Numbered from the stretch's first letter, positions 19,040 to 28,507 are shown. The stretch: 64,000 nt of DNA from Candidatus Woesebacteria bacterium RBG_16_42_24 (GCA_001792115.1 MGFX01000001.1:122694-186693); one strand, 5' to 3'. Program-made: numbers and translations. Notes: generated by a model not told the origin, from the letters alone.

Positions 19040-20509
19040 TTATTGCGGGTGTTGGTAGATTACCGCAACTTGATCCTCATATACTTTCTGCCAGCCGTCC
19101 TTCTCTAGTTCCTTGACTAAATTAAAAGGCTCACCCTTTTTGAATAACACCTGTTCTAATTTTTGCGAAAGGGTGTCAAAAAACTTTAATGGTTTATCTT
19201 TGGGCCAGAGAACCACGCTAACGCCATATTTCTCGAAGATTTCCTGATATGGGATACGCCCATTAAGTACGTCTGTGTAGTCCCGCATCGCGTAGCTACT
19301 CTCGCTAGTTGGATTTTCCCCATAGCGCCAAGACGGCATTCTTCCGTCTATAAAAACCTTCTTTTCCGGGAGTTTCCAAATCAGATACCCGCCCCATCCG
19401 TAAACCGAAAAGATCTCGCCTTGAGGAAGGTTTTGCTTAAGAAACAAGACGGCGCCTTTGGGATAAAAACCTTCCTCGTCCATAGAATTTGCTGCCCCAA
19501 GAATAATAAACGATTGTAAAAGGGCGATTACAACAGATAAATAAAGAGTCCATTTATAGACTAATTTGAAGCGTTTTTCCCCAAAGGCAATACCCTTGAC
19601 GCTCGCCAATAAAAATCCAAAGGCCCTAATCGTCATCGGTATCGAAAGAATCACCCATAAAGGTATATGGCGCGTAGAAGCTAAGCCTTGTAAAAGGAAG
19701 AAAAAATAAAGGCTAAGCTCGTAGATCCCATACCTTTTGCGACTCCTCCAAATTAAAAACACGCTAACTACCAGATAGAAAATGAGGGCGAGGTTAACTG
19801 AGAAAAATGCGGGTTGCCACTCTAATATACTCCATCTAAGTGAAGTGTCGGATATCGAAAGCCAAACTTCGTACCAAATACGCGGGCCGTAAGGGTTTAT
19901 AAAGGTGGCCAGGGTGCTCAGTAAAAACACTAAAATCAAATCGACTCTTCGCTTGCGCTTTTCCCAAAAACTAAAAATTCCAATAAGCGCCAGAGACACT
20001 ATTCCGATAGCAAAACTTGCGTGCAGGTTTACCCAAACTACAAAAAAGAATGGCAAGAAAAAACGCCATTTGTCCCATACTTTTTGGCTGAGAACGAGAG
20101 TTAAAAAAATTGCCCAAAAAAGCCAGGTCACCACCTGTGGCCGTACGCCAAAATATGGAAAAATAATTCCAAACCCCAGAACTAAAGAAACTTCCCAGAA
20201 AGTTCTCCTTCCATCACCGCCCCTTAATGCTGGGTAGAGCGCCAAAAATGCGATGGTCGTAAAAATTAAAGAGAGTCCGGTCATACCCAAACTCTCGTAT
20301 AAATTTTTTAAAAGTACGTCCACGAGCCACTCGTGACTTATAAAAGGAAAGGAGGGCATGGTGTAGGAGAATGGGTCTCTCGTCGGGATGCCTGCACGTG
20401 AGATTATTTCTCCCATCCTTATGTGCCAGCCAAAGTCCGGGTCTAGGAAAGTAGATGCTCTAAAGCAGAATGCCAAAAAGATAGAGATTATCGAAAGCAA
20501 TACTATCAT
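19040..20509 (-). CDS. large polytopic membrane protein, possibly GT-C-type glycosyltransferase
   Basis: 489 aa; ~10 TM helices followed by soluble C-terminal domain; architecture only, no motif confirmed. Confidence 0.35.
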   Translation of the reverse strand: MIVLLSIISIFLAFCFRASTFLDPDFGWHIRMGEIISRAGIPTRDPFSYTMPSFPFISHEWLVDVLLKNLYESLGMTGLSLIFTTIAFLALYPALRGGDGRRTFWEVSLVLGFGIIFPYFGVRPQVVTWLFWAIFLTLVLSQKVWDKWRFFLPFFFVVWVNLHASFAIGIVSLALIGIFSFWEKRKRRVDLILVFLLSTLATFINPYGPRIWYEVWLSISDTSLRWSILEWQPAFFSVNLALIFYLVVSVFLIWRSRKRYGIYELSLYFFFLLQGLASTRHIPLWVILSIPMTIRAFGFLLASVKGIAFGEKRFKLVYKWTLYLSVVIALLQSFIILGAANSMDEEGFYPKGAVLFLKQNLPQGEIFSVYGWGGYLIWKLPEKKVFIDGRMPSWRYGENPTSESSYAMRDYTDVLNGRIPYQEIFEKYGVSVVLWPKDKPLKFFDTLSQKLEQVLFKKGEPFNLVKELEKDGWQKVYEDQVAVIYQHPQ

Positions 20510-20551
20510 GAAATTCCTCGTTATCTTCGAATATACTAAAGGGAAATCAAA

Positions 20552-21736
20552 ATGTCCTCTACTAAAAAGTGGTTAAGCGTAACTAACGGCCTTATTTTAT
20601 TTTTTGCCTTAAATGCCCTCTTGTATTTATTTATTGTCCAATTTAACCAAAAGGTGGAATTTAACAAATATAATTATTTATATAACGCACACCACTTTTT
20701 AGAGGATCCAAGGGTAAACGGTGGGAAATTTAATCTGTTTAGAGCCCTCGGGCAGTATGACTCCCAATGGTACCTAAAGATTGCATCTTTCGGCTACCCA
20801 AAAAATCCTTCTCCTCCTGATATTAACAATAAAAGTGAAATGGGTGGAGCAACATTCGCCTTTTTCCCCCTCTACCCGATCTTTTTATCTTTAATAAATA
20901 TTTTAGTCAAGAATATCGAAGTAAGTGCTTTCTTATTAAGCAATATTTCTCTTATAGCTAATTTTATAAGTCTTACATACATCGTGGGCAAACTTTACAA
21001 ATTCTCACTTGCCTTAAAAACCGCCTTCTTACTTTTTCTCTTCCCTTTCGGTATTTTCTTTCGAAGCTACTATCCCGAAAGTCTTCTACTTCTCTTTCTT
21101 ACGTGGTTCAGCTTTTTTCTCATAAAGAAGAACTTTCTAGCCTCGTCTATCTTCCTTTCCCTTATGAATGTAACCAAAGGAAATCTCCTACTACTTAACT
21201 TTGTCTTTTTCTATTTTCTTTATCGGAATTTCAAGAAGCAGGGAGGGCTATATTCGAAATACCTAATAACAATATTAGTAGTAATTATTCCTTTTTCATC
21301 CTGGATCATTTTTAATTACTTAAAGACTGGTAATCCTATTTATTTCTATACTACCCAAGGGGTATGGTACGGCAATACATTCCCCGGTCCTCTTCTAACT
21401 ATCTATTCAGTATTTAATTTTCCCAGGCTACCTTTCCATTCATTTCACTTCTCACAGGTTGAAATCATTGTTATGCTTACCCTTTTAGTTTTATTGATAA
21501 AATCCAAAAAGTACCTGTTAAAGGAGCTCTGGTTTATAAGCTTCTTTATCTGGCTAGCCCCGCTTTTTTTAAGAGACACAATGTCTTTTACAAGATATCA
21601 AAGCATATCATTCCCACTATTTATCTATTTAGCTTATTCCCTAAAAGGGAAGGCCTATTGGATGGTGGCAGGTCTTTTTTTTGTAGGACTTTTTATTACC
21701 TCACTCTTTTTTGTCAATTGGTATTGGGTAGGATAG
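20552..21736 (+). CDS. polytopic membrane protein, possibly GT-C/ DUF2029-like glycosyltransferase
   Basis: 394 aa; multi-TM, Phe/Leu-rich; architecture only. Confidence 0.35.
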   Translation: MSSTKKWLSVTNGLILFFALNALLYLFIVQFNQKVEFNKYNYLYNAHHFLEDPRVNGGKFNLFRALGQYDSQWYLKIASFGYPKNPSPPDINNKSEMGGATFAFFPLYPIFLSLINILVKNIEVSAFLLSNISLIANFISLTYIVGKLYKFSLALKTAFLLFLFPFGIFFRSYYPESLLLLFLTWFSFFLIKKNFLASSIFLSLMNVTKGNLLLLNFVFFYFLYRNFKKQGGLYSKYLITILVVIIPFSSWIIFNYLKTGNPIYFYTTQGVWYGNTFPGPLLTIYSVFNFPRLPFHSFHFSQVEIIVMLTLLVLLIKSKKYLLKELWFISFFIWLAPLFLRDTMSFTRYQSISFPLFIYLAYSLKGKAYWMVAGLFFVGLFITSLFFVNWYWVG

Positions 21737-21811
21737 GAGCATTATCGAACACTGAACCCGACGCGAGGCTAGCAGGCGGTCCTCGACCGCCGTAGCTATG
21801 GCGAGCGAAGG

Positions 21812-21895
21812 CGGTGGGGACAGGATTCGAACCTGCGCGTGCTTTCGCACATACGATTTCCAATCGTACGCCTTGAACCGCTCGGCCACCCCACC
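21812..21895 (-). tRNA. tRNA-Ser (GGA)
   Basis: Minus-strand cloverleaf GGTGGGG...anticodon loop TTGGAAA, long variable arm, T-arm GCAGGTTCGAATCCTGT. Confidence 0.7.
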
Positions 21896-21906
21896 TTGGG
21901 GCCCAA

Positions 21907-22410
21907 TTATACCAAACTTCCTTGAACTGGCTGATTTAGTCTTTTATTTGCTTTAGAAAGAACGTCTTTTTCTCTTTTATAAGAAAGTTTTCTTTTCGCA
22001 TCTTCAAATTCTCGCCACGCGACCTCTTGGGTCTCCCAACCGAATCCCTCGGGTAAATCGCGCTCCCACTCCATCAAATAAAAGGTCACAAACTTAAGAA
22101 TCCTCTGGCCTTTAAAGTTCAAAAAATATTTCTCGGTACCAAGTTTGAATAGAATACTCGCTAGAACCCCTCCCTCTTCCCTGACCTCTTTTAAAGCAGC
22201 TTCTTTAATTTCTTCTTGGGTGGCCTTACGCAATCCTGAAGCAAGCGGCCCCGGGCTTCTCCCTTCATTTTTATCATCTAACCAGCCCTTGGGGAGCCTC
22301 CAAATATTATCGGGGAAATCTGGACCTGGAGTCCCTTTTGCCACTAACCAAAATATCTTTCCTTTTAATCTCTTAAAAACTACCCCTCCGGCGGAAAACT
22401 CACGATTCAT
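21907..22410 (-). CDS. NUDIX hydrolase
   Basis: 167 aa; Nudix box-like E(x7)REVREEGGV with insertion; C-terminus paralogous to next gene. Confidence 0.55.
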   Translation of the reverse strand: MNREFSAGGVVFKRLKGKIFWLVAKGTPGPDFPDNIWRLPKGWLDDKNEGRSPGPLASGLRKATQEEIKEAALKEVREEGGVLASILFKLGTEKYFLNFKGQRILKFVTFYLMEWERDLPEGFGWETQEVAWREFEDAKRKLSYKREKDVLSKANKRLNQPVQGSLV

Positions 22411-22461
22411 GACCCTCCACCTGTTTACCCTGAGCTGGTCGAAGGGAGGCGAATTCTCTAG

Positions 22462-22965
22462 CTAATAGGCTTTGCCGTGTAATCTTTCCCACGCTCTTAA
22501 TACTCCTTTTGCCTGTCTTATCATTTCCTTTTCTCTTTTAAGGCTAAGTTTTTTAACTGCTTTTCCATATTCAATCCATTCATAATCGGGGAAGCCCAAA
22601 ATTTCCCCGGCCGAGAATTTAAAAACTAAAAGATAGTAAAGAAATTTTTGGGGTAAAGACCTTCCATTGATAACGGCTGAAGCACTCGCCCGCCCCACTT
22701 CCTCCAAAACCCTCACGCTCATTCCGGCAAGCTCCCCCAAAACTCTTAAGATAGCTCTGACCGAGGACTCTCCTTTTCGAACCGTTGCCTTGGGAAGCTC
22801 CCAGCCAATCTCTTCAGCATTTTTGACAACCAACCAATAAGTTCTGCCCCTACTTTCCTTAAAAAGGCAGGCTCCTGAAATTAAAATAGATTGTTCTTTG
22901 TTCATAATAGCGAGACGTACAAATTGCCTTGGCAATTCTACGTCCCAGCCACGTTTAAATTTCAA
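22462..22965 (-). CDS. NUDIX hydrolase paralog
   Basis: 167 aa; GESSVRAILRVLGELAGM Nudix-box variant; shared C-terminal KKLSxKREKE motif with 21907..22410. Confidence 0.45.
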   Translation of the reverse strand: MKFKRGWDVELPRQFVRLAIMNKEQSILISGACLFKESRGRTYWLVVKNAEEIGWELPKATVRKGESSVRAILRVLGELAGMSVRVLEEVGRASASAVINGRSLPQKFLYYLLVFKFSAGEILGFPDYEWIEYGKAVKKLSLKREKEMIRQAKGVLRAWERLHGKAY

Positions 22966-22982
22966 CGCAATTTATTACGTGG

Positions 22983-23065
22983 CGGTGGGTACAGGATTTG
23001 AACCTGTGTAGGGATTTCTCCCTCGGGTTTTCGAAACCCGCGCATTTGGCCACTCTGCCAACCCA
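22983..23065 (-). tRNA. tRNA-Ser (CGA)
   Basis: Minus-strand cloverleaf GGTGGGTTGGCAGAGTGG..., anticodon loop TTCGAAA, long variable arm, T-arm ACAGGTTCAAATCCTGT. Confidence 0.7.
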
Positions 23066-23072
23066 CCTTGAG

Positions 23073-23144
23073 TGCGCCCACCCAGAGTCGAACTGGGATC
23101 AACGGCTCCGCAAGCCGCCACTTTATCCGTTAAGCTACGGGCGC
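23073..23144 (-). tRNA. tRNA-Arg (GCG)
   Basis: Minus-strand cloverleaf GCGCCCG..anticodon loop TTGCGGA, T-arm CCCAGTTCGACTCTGGG. Confidence 0.7.
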
Positions 23145-23151
23145 AAAAAGA

Positions 23152-23706
23152 TTATTGATTTCCAGGCAATTTCCTGGCAAACCAATTTGCCGCCTTGTCG
23201 AGGGCTGAAGGAGGTACCTCCTCTTCGGCAAGATACGTGGAGATAGCCTTTTTGACTTCGTCCTTAATCCCGTCTTTGAGGACAATCTCAAGCCTTCCAG
23301 GTAAGACCAAAGTTTCAAAAATCACTAGTTCGCTATCGAATCTCTTCATAAACCAGAATCTTGTCATTACACTCCACTCGGTCTTTCTCCCAGCAACTTT
23401 TACCCCTTTATTGGTAATTTTATATTCGACGTGCCCTGGTTCAACCGTGTTCATTACATAGAAAAGAAAAACCAAAGAAACGATTAGAACCACAGGCATA
23501 AAGCCCTCTACAAAGAAAAGAATCAGAGCAACAATCCCAGCGATGGCAAAGATAGTTACGTAAAATTGCCTGTCTCTTCTCTTAAAGGGTCTGGCTGGTG
23601 CTTCCCATGAAACCAACTCCTTTTCCGGCTCTGGTCTAAGAACGACCGGTTGGGGGATCTTACCCTCTTCTTTTAAAGTACCTTCTTTTTCGTCTTCGGC
23701 AGGCAT
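23152..23706 (-). CDS. hypothetical membrane protein
   Basis: 184 aa; two central TM helices; no motif. Confidence 0.4.
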   Translation of the reverse strand: MPAEDEKEGTLKEEGKIPQPVVLRPEPEKELVSWEAPARPFKRRDRQFYVTIFAIAGIVALILFFVEGFMPVVLIVSLVFLFYVMNTVEPGHVEYKITNKGVKVAGRKTEWSVMTRFWFMKRFDSELVIFETLVLPGRLEIVLKDGIKDEVKKAISTYLAEEEVPPSALDKAANWFARKLPGNQ

Positions 23707-23778
23707 ACTAATTGATATTATACCTTAAAGTTGAGTTTCGTTCCAAAGCTAAAGTCTGATATAATTGGAGGCTAGTTT

Positions 23779-23863
23779 GGAGGGTATGCCGAACGGCTAA
23801 GGCATCAGTTCGCTAAACTGAGGTCGCGAAAGCGGCCGGTGAGTTCGACTCTCACACCCTCCG
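23779..23863 (+). tRNA. tRNA-Ser (GCT)
   Basis: GGAGGGT...anticodon loop TCGCTAA, long variable arm GTCGCGAAAGCGGCC, T-arm GTGAGTTCGACTCTCAC. Confidence 0.75.
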
Positions 23864-23933
23864 CAACGTACAAATTCTCAAGGAATTTTACGTTGCTGAG
23901 ACGTAAAAATTTCCAATTTTGTACGTCTCGCGC

Positions 23934-24188
23934 ATGTATTACGTTTACGTTCTTTTAAGTCAAAAGAAGAAAAGTTTATACATTGGCTATACTACGGACT
24001 TGAAAAAACGCCTGATTAATCATAATTCTGGTAAAAGTAGGGCTACCAAACCCTTTATTCCATATAAGTTAATCTTTTACGAGGCCTTTTTAAGTCCTAA
24101 AGATGCCAAAGCAAGGGAAGTTTACCTGAAAAGCGGTTGGGGACTGAGAAGCCTGAAAAAAATTAATAGGAGTATTTCGTTTAGGTGA
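23934..24188 (+). CDS. GIY-YIG nuclease, YhbQ/UPF0213 family (copy 3)
   Basis: ATG 23934: MYYVYVLLSQKKKSLYIGYTTDLKKRLINHN...; stop codon overlaps 5' end of tRNA-Ser(TGA); preceded by nested ACGT-centred hairpins. Confidence 0.7.
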   Translation: MYYVYVLLSQKKKSLYIGYTTDLKKRLINHNSGKSRATKPFIPYKLIFYEAFLSPKDAKAREVYLKSGWGLRSLKKINRSISFR

Positions 24189-24272
24189 GGTGCTAGAGCG
24201 GCCGAATAGGTCGGTCTTGAAAACCGATGTGGGGATTTATCCTCACCGTGGGTTCGAATCCCACCCTCACCG
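24184..24272 (+). tRNA. tRNA-Ser (TGA)
   Basis: GGTGAGG..anticodon loop CTTGAAA, long variable arm, T-arm GTGGGTTCGAATCCCAC, acceptor CCTCACC. Confidence 0.75.
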
Positions 24273-24618
24273 CAGCGTAATAAATTGCTTTGCAATTTAA
24301 ACGCTGCTGGGACGTTTAAATTTTCCTAAAAATTATTACGTCTCCGCCAGTTAGCCAAAATATTCATATGCTTAGGAAGCTATTATTGTTATTATTTGTT
24401 CTTCTCGTCTTTGGAATATTACACTCAATTGTTTATTGGAAGTTATATAAAATCCCTTCCCCTCTTTCGAAACCGATTGATTGTAGTGGCGTGAGTATGC
24501 CAAGAATAACTTTTGGGTTCGAGAGATATGACTTACGGGAATATTTATTCGGGAGAAGATGTCTGGGTCATTAACAATATTGTTTCTAGTAGGCCCTAGA
24601 TAATCAGCTAGGCGACGC

Positions 24619-25368
24619 TTAAGAAATCCCTCTCGCTAGAGTTAATCCCCAAATTTTTTCAACGTGAGCTCGTTTTAGAACCTTCGCCGCTTCTTTGAGA
24701 GTTGAGCCCGTTGTCCAGACGTCGTCAAATAAAACTAGCGTATGGGGTATAGGGTTTAGTGCATAGGAGGAATTTAGGGCGAAAACGCCCCTTACATTTT
24801 GTAGTCTTTCCTTACGCTTGAGAGCGGTTTGGGGAACTTTAAGCTCATGTCTAACCAATAAATCTGGAATAAACTTCCAACCAACACCCTCTGCAACCAC
24901 TTTTCCAATCTCCTCTGTCTGATTAAAGCCCCGCCAGTTTTTCCTGTACCAATAAAGAGGAACGGGAACCAGGGAATAAGAATTAGGCCTGCCTGCCGGC
25001 GAGGCAGGAACTAAGAATGATGAATTGTAGGTTTTGATAGCTGCGAGAGCATAGTTAGAAAGTTCTTTGGCGACCTCGTCGGCATATTTATATTTGAGAG
25101 CTAAAATTGCTTTTCGGATAACCCCGTCGTAATTCCATAGAGCAGTAAGACCATCTAATCCCCAGGGTCGCAAACACTTTGAATGCGTCATTCCGTCAAT
25201 CGAGGATTTAAGGCACCCGGGGCAAACGGGCTTTGGGGTTTTTACTTTATCAATACAGTTTTCGCAAATATACCTGCCCTCTTTACCACAACCAAGACAG
25301 GTTTTAGGAAAAAGGAGGTCCAAAATTCCCATCGCGCTATAATATAACCAGACCATGAAAATTACCAA
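24619..25368 (-). CDS. comFC: ComF-family phosphoribosyltransferase-like competence protein
   Basis: 249 aa; N-terminal Cys4 zinc finger (CLGCG...CENC), C-terminal PRTase motif LVLFDDVWTTGSTL. Confidence 0.7.
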   Translation of the reverse strand: MVIFMVWLYYSAMGILDLLFPKTCLGCGKEGRYICENCIDKVKTPKPVCPGCLKSSIDGMTHSKCLRPWGLDGLTALWNYDGVIRKAILALKYKYADEVAKELSNYALAAIKTYNSSFLVPASPAGRPNSYSLVPVPLYWYRKNWRGFNQTEEIGKVVAEGVGWKFIPDLLVRHELKVPQTALKRKERLQNVRGVFALNSSYALNPIPHTLVLFDDVWTTGSTLKEAAKVLKRAHVEKIWGLTLARGIS

Positions 25369-25786
25369 TAAGCGAGCAAATTATGAATACAAACTCGAGG
25401 GTGATCGGGTTGAAGCCGGAATTTCTCTCTCTGGCGGGGAGGCAAAAGCCATAAGGACTGGACATGCGGATATTAACCAGTCAGTCGCAAGAGTTGTTAA
25501 TGACGAGATTTTCCTGATTAATGCCAACATTCCGATTCCAGAAGCCCAAAAGTATTCATCGACAAGGACAAGAAAGCTCCTTTTACATAGAGATGAAATA
25601 GTTTCATTAACCACAAAAATGAAGCAATTTAAATTGACTTTGGTGCCTACAAACCTATATAATAAGGGCCGCTTAATCAAGGTGACTCTTGCCTTGGGTA
25701 AACCCAAGCGTGAGTTTGAAAAGAAAGAAGCGATTAAGCGAAAAGATATCGAGCGCGAGCTCGAGAAAGAGTTCAAGTTACGTTAA
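25355..25786 (+). CDS. smpB: SsrA-binding protein SmpB
   Basis: 143 aa; canonical SmpB N-terminus (NKRANYEYKLE...GISLSGGE) and basic C-tail. Confidence 0.85.
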   Translation: MKITNKRANYEYKLEGDRVEAGISLSGGEAKAIRTGHADINQSVARVVNDEIFLINANIPIPEAQKYSSTRTRKLLLHRDEIVSLTTKMKQFKLTLVPTNLYNKGRLIKVTLALGKPKREFEKKEAIKRKDIERELEKEFKLR

Positions 25787-25822
25787 TTTCTTTGCCGAAC
25801 TTTCTTTCGCAAAGAAAGTTCG

Positions 25823-26186
25823 AGTAAGGTAATGGGGGCGTAAAGGTTTCGACGGGAAGTTCTTTTAAAAGACAGCAAGCAGACTTTGATTAAAAGTCTC
25901 AAAACATAATCAAAACTTAAGCGTCAATAAATATGATGCTCCAGCGTACGCTTATTTAGCTTAAACTGGTGTCTACTAGCTTGATTCTCGACCGAACTAG
26001 ATAGGCATAAACCAGTCGAGATTGACCAAAAGCTTTCGATTTAAAGTTTTCGGTTAAAAAATAAAAATCTTACTCTAATTCGTCCTGTTGGTTGGTAAGA
26101 ATTAGAGGAAATAAAATAAACCAAATAAGCTTGTAGAAGTCTTTTAGTTGACTTTTCGGACGCGGGTTCAATTCCCGCCGCCTCCA
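25823..26186 (+). ncRNA. ssrA: tmRNA (SsrA)
   Basis: 5' GGGGGCGTAAAGGTTTCGACGGG and 3' tRNA-like end GGACGCGGGTTCAATTCCCGCCGCCTCCA pairing with 5' acceptor; internal tag ORF ending ...YAYLA-TAA; immediately downstream of smpB. Confidence 0.8.
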
Positions 26187-26261
26187 CTCTTCGCTCTGTA
26201 CTAGACGTACAGAGCTACGAAGTGGCAAGCCATACTTTGTTATGATTAAAGCTATAAACTG

Positions 26262-26543
26262 ATGGCGAAGAGTGTCCCGCGAAGTTTTAACGAAGTGGGA
26301 CAAAATATGTACTACGTTTACCTTCTAAAATTAAATAACGGAAATTACTACACAGGCTATTCAGCTAATCTGGAAAAAAGGATAGTGGAACATAAGCGGG
26401 GCAAAATTTTGACTACTAAAAATGCCTTACCCCTAAAACTTGTTTATTATTCTGTTTTCTTTACAAGGAAAAGGGCTCTTGCTTTCGAAAAATATTTAAA
26501 ATCAAGCTCGGGATTTGCTTTCAGGAACAAACGCTTAATCTAA
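26262..26543 (+). CDS. GIY-YIG nuclease, YhbQ/UPF0213 family (copy 4)
   Basis: 93 aa; MYYVYLLKLNNGNYYTGYSANLEKRIVEHKRGK...; directly downstream of tmRNA and its hairpin terminator. Confidence 0.7.
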   Translation: MAKSVPRSFNEVGQNMYYVYLLKLNNGNYYTGYSANLEKRIVEHKRGKILTTKNALPLKLVYYSVFFTRKRALAFEKYLKSSSGFAFRNKRLI

Positions 26544-28502
26544 ATGTTTTATCTCTATCGAATAAAGTTTGCTCCCCGCAAGTAATATTATCTTTTTGGT
26601 ACTTTCCGAAACGGCTAAATCGACTGCTTCTGAAATCGAATCTCCCATGTATTGGGCCTTATATTCTCCATTTTTGTCGACCACAACCACCCTGCTCCCT
26701 ACTCTATCCAAGATGTAGATGTATTTAAGAGCCTCATTAGAATAAATCGAAGCCCCCGAGGAAAGTTCCGGGACAAGGCCGTTAATAGAAAAAGTGACTT
26801 TATTCCCCAGGGAAAATCTCGAAATTTCCCCGGAATTCGTTATAAGCCAAATGGAGCCGTCGACCGTAACTGCCGCCAAGTCGTTAAAGTTCAAGTTAAT
26901 CTCGCTCGTGTTCCATTTGGATCTATCCCCAAAGCCCTCAAGCGTGCCCGGATATCGCCAAATAGTTTTTGCGTTTTTGTCAACTAAGTACATATTTCCA
27001 GCATAAGAATAGGGAAGAGCCTCACCTTCCCAATCTTTCTCGATAACTTTTTTGGGAGTTTGGCCGACTTCGCTTATGCCGTCCCCGAGTACAAAAACTC
27101 TATTTTCATAGCTGGCTAAATAGTCAGCCGAAGAAATCGCATCTGGCCCGGCCACAACCTCCGTCTTTTTTGCATCAAATTCGACCCCAACTACTTTACG
27201 GCCTTCTCTATCCAGTACAAAAAATCTATCTTCGCTTCCCGCCAAATCGTCTCCGCTCAAGCCCGAGGAAAGAATTGAAAGGTCTATAAAAAGTTCGGGT
27301 GTCACCCTATATATTCCCAAAATTAATCCCTCTTTTTCATCAATCTGGCTTTTGGCTTCGGCAACCTCTTGGTCTTCCACTCCCTCACTCTCAATTTCTG
27401 AAATCAAACTTCTGGCCGAGGCAAATAGTTCGCGGGCGCGAGCAGCGTCCAGGGAGTAAAGTTTCTCCGCTTCTTCAAGGTCGTGTTTAGCTTGGTTCAG
27501 GCGGGTTTCATACTTTTCTTTTTTTACGTTGGCCGCTTTTTGTTTTATCCCAAAAGCAATGCTCACAACCAAAAGTATAAGAAGAATTAGGCCGACAGAT
27601 ATGGCTAGACGCCTATTGCCAACTCCCGTTAGTTCCGCCGGAGGGGATTTAACAAATATCCTCCTTTCCGGCAAGGTGCGCCCGATTGCGCCGGTTACCC
27701 AAGCTACAACTTTCTCAAAAAAAGGTCTAATCAAGCTAGCCGGGCTTGTCGGGGGAGGTGTCGCAGCTTTTTTTTCAATAGGAGCCGAGACCTCTTGGGC
27801 AGGGGAAGTTTCTTCCTCTGTTTCAATTTTGGGAACATAGCTCTCGCCCCTCTCAAACTTCATCACCACTACCCCCACATTACCTGTGTCCTCCCTTGAG
27901 TGTATAAAGGGCGCGAGTGCTTCCCCGGCTTCCGCGGGGCTGCCCCCCTCAAGTGCGGCCTTAATTACTCCGTGGGGCAAAATTTGAAAGAAAGATTTCG
28001 TTCCCAGAAGAAAAATGTCTCCGTCTTTTGGATACCCGGATGCTGAAATTACACCACTTTCTTGACCAGCGCTGGTTAAAATTTTAGCAAGCATCCCATC
28101 CCGAAAAACTGCTGCCTCTGCGCCCCCCCCGACCGCGGAATAAACAACATCCCCGATGAAGCTTGCGGCGGCAATTTGGACGTCGCCCCAGGCAGAGGAA
28201 AACTCGGACGTAACTTTCTCCACAGCCTCTTTTAGGGCATGAAAGGCTGGCTTTTCGGTTTTGCCAAAATACTCTTCATGAAGTCTCCCGAGAAGTTCGC
28301 GTCCAGCCACAACGCTATCTAAATTTCCTCCTGGCTGTACTGCACCAGGGGCTTTTCCTCCTTTTGAGGTTGCGATAACCGCAAAAAGCTCGCCCCGGGT
28401 CTTAAGTTTATCTTCTTCCTCGGGCCTAAATTCGTGAACTTGAGCCCAGCCCGATTCACCCGGGTTACCCGTAATTTTTGCGGTAGCAAGCGTTAACGTC
28501 AC
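26535..28502 (-). CDS. membrane-anchored multidomain protein (N-terminal domain weakly SpoIIE/PP2C-like, central TM + coiled coil, C-terminal beta-propeller-like repeats)
   Basis: 655 aa; GYPKDGDIFLLGTKSFFQ resembles PPM/SpoIIE motif; TM LAISVGLILLILLVVSIAFGI; repeated ...V.D..G.. blades at C-terminus; weak. Confidence 0.35.
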   Translation of the reverse strand: MTLTLATAKITGNPGESGWAQVHEFRPEEEDKLKTRGELFAVIATSKGGKAPGAVQPGGNLDSVVAGRELLGRLHEEYFGKTEKPAFHALKEAVEKVTSEFSSAWGDVQIAAASFIGDVVYSAVGGGAEAAVFRDGMLAKILTSAGQESGVISASGYPKDGDIFLLGTKSFFQILPHGVIKAALEGGSPAEAGEALAPFIHSREDTGNVGVVVMKFERGESYVPKIETEEETSPAQEVSAPIEKKAATPPPTSPASLIRPFFEKVVAWVTGAIGRTLPERRIFVKSPPAELTGVGNRRLAISVGLILLILLVVSIAFGIKQKAANVKKEKYETRLNQAKHDLEEAEKLYSLDAARARELFASARSLISEIESEGVEDQEVAEAKSQIDEKEGLILGIYRVTPELFIDLSILSSGLSGDDLAGSEDRFFVLDREGRKVVGVEFDAKKTEVVAGPDAISSADYLASYENRVFVLGDGISEVGQTPKKVIEKDWEGEALPYSYAGNMYLVDKNAKTIWRYPGTLEGFGDRSKWNTSEINLNFNDLAAVTVDGSIWLITNSGEISRFSLGNKVTFSINGLVPELSSGASIYSNEALKYIYILDRVGSRVVVVDKNGEYKAQYMGDSISEAVDLAVSESTKKIILLAGSKLYSIEIKHLD

Positions 28503-28507
28503 GCCGT

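Noticed and set aside
26535-28502. Confident PP2C/SpoIIE phosphatase call for the N-terminal domain
   Set aside because: Only one motif-like stretch (GYPKDGDIFLLGTKSFFQ) is visible, and the canonical Asp-containing PPM motifs are not clearly present, so it is kept as a weak note only.
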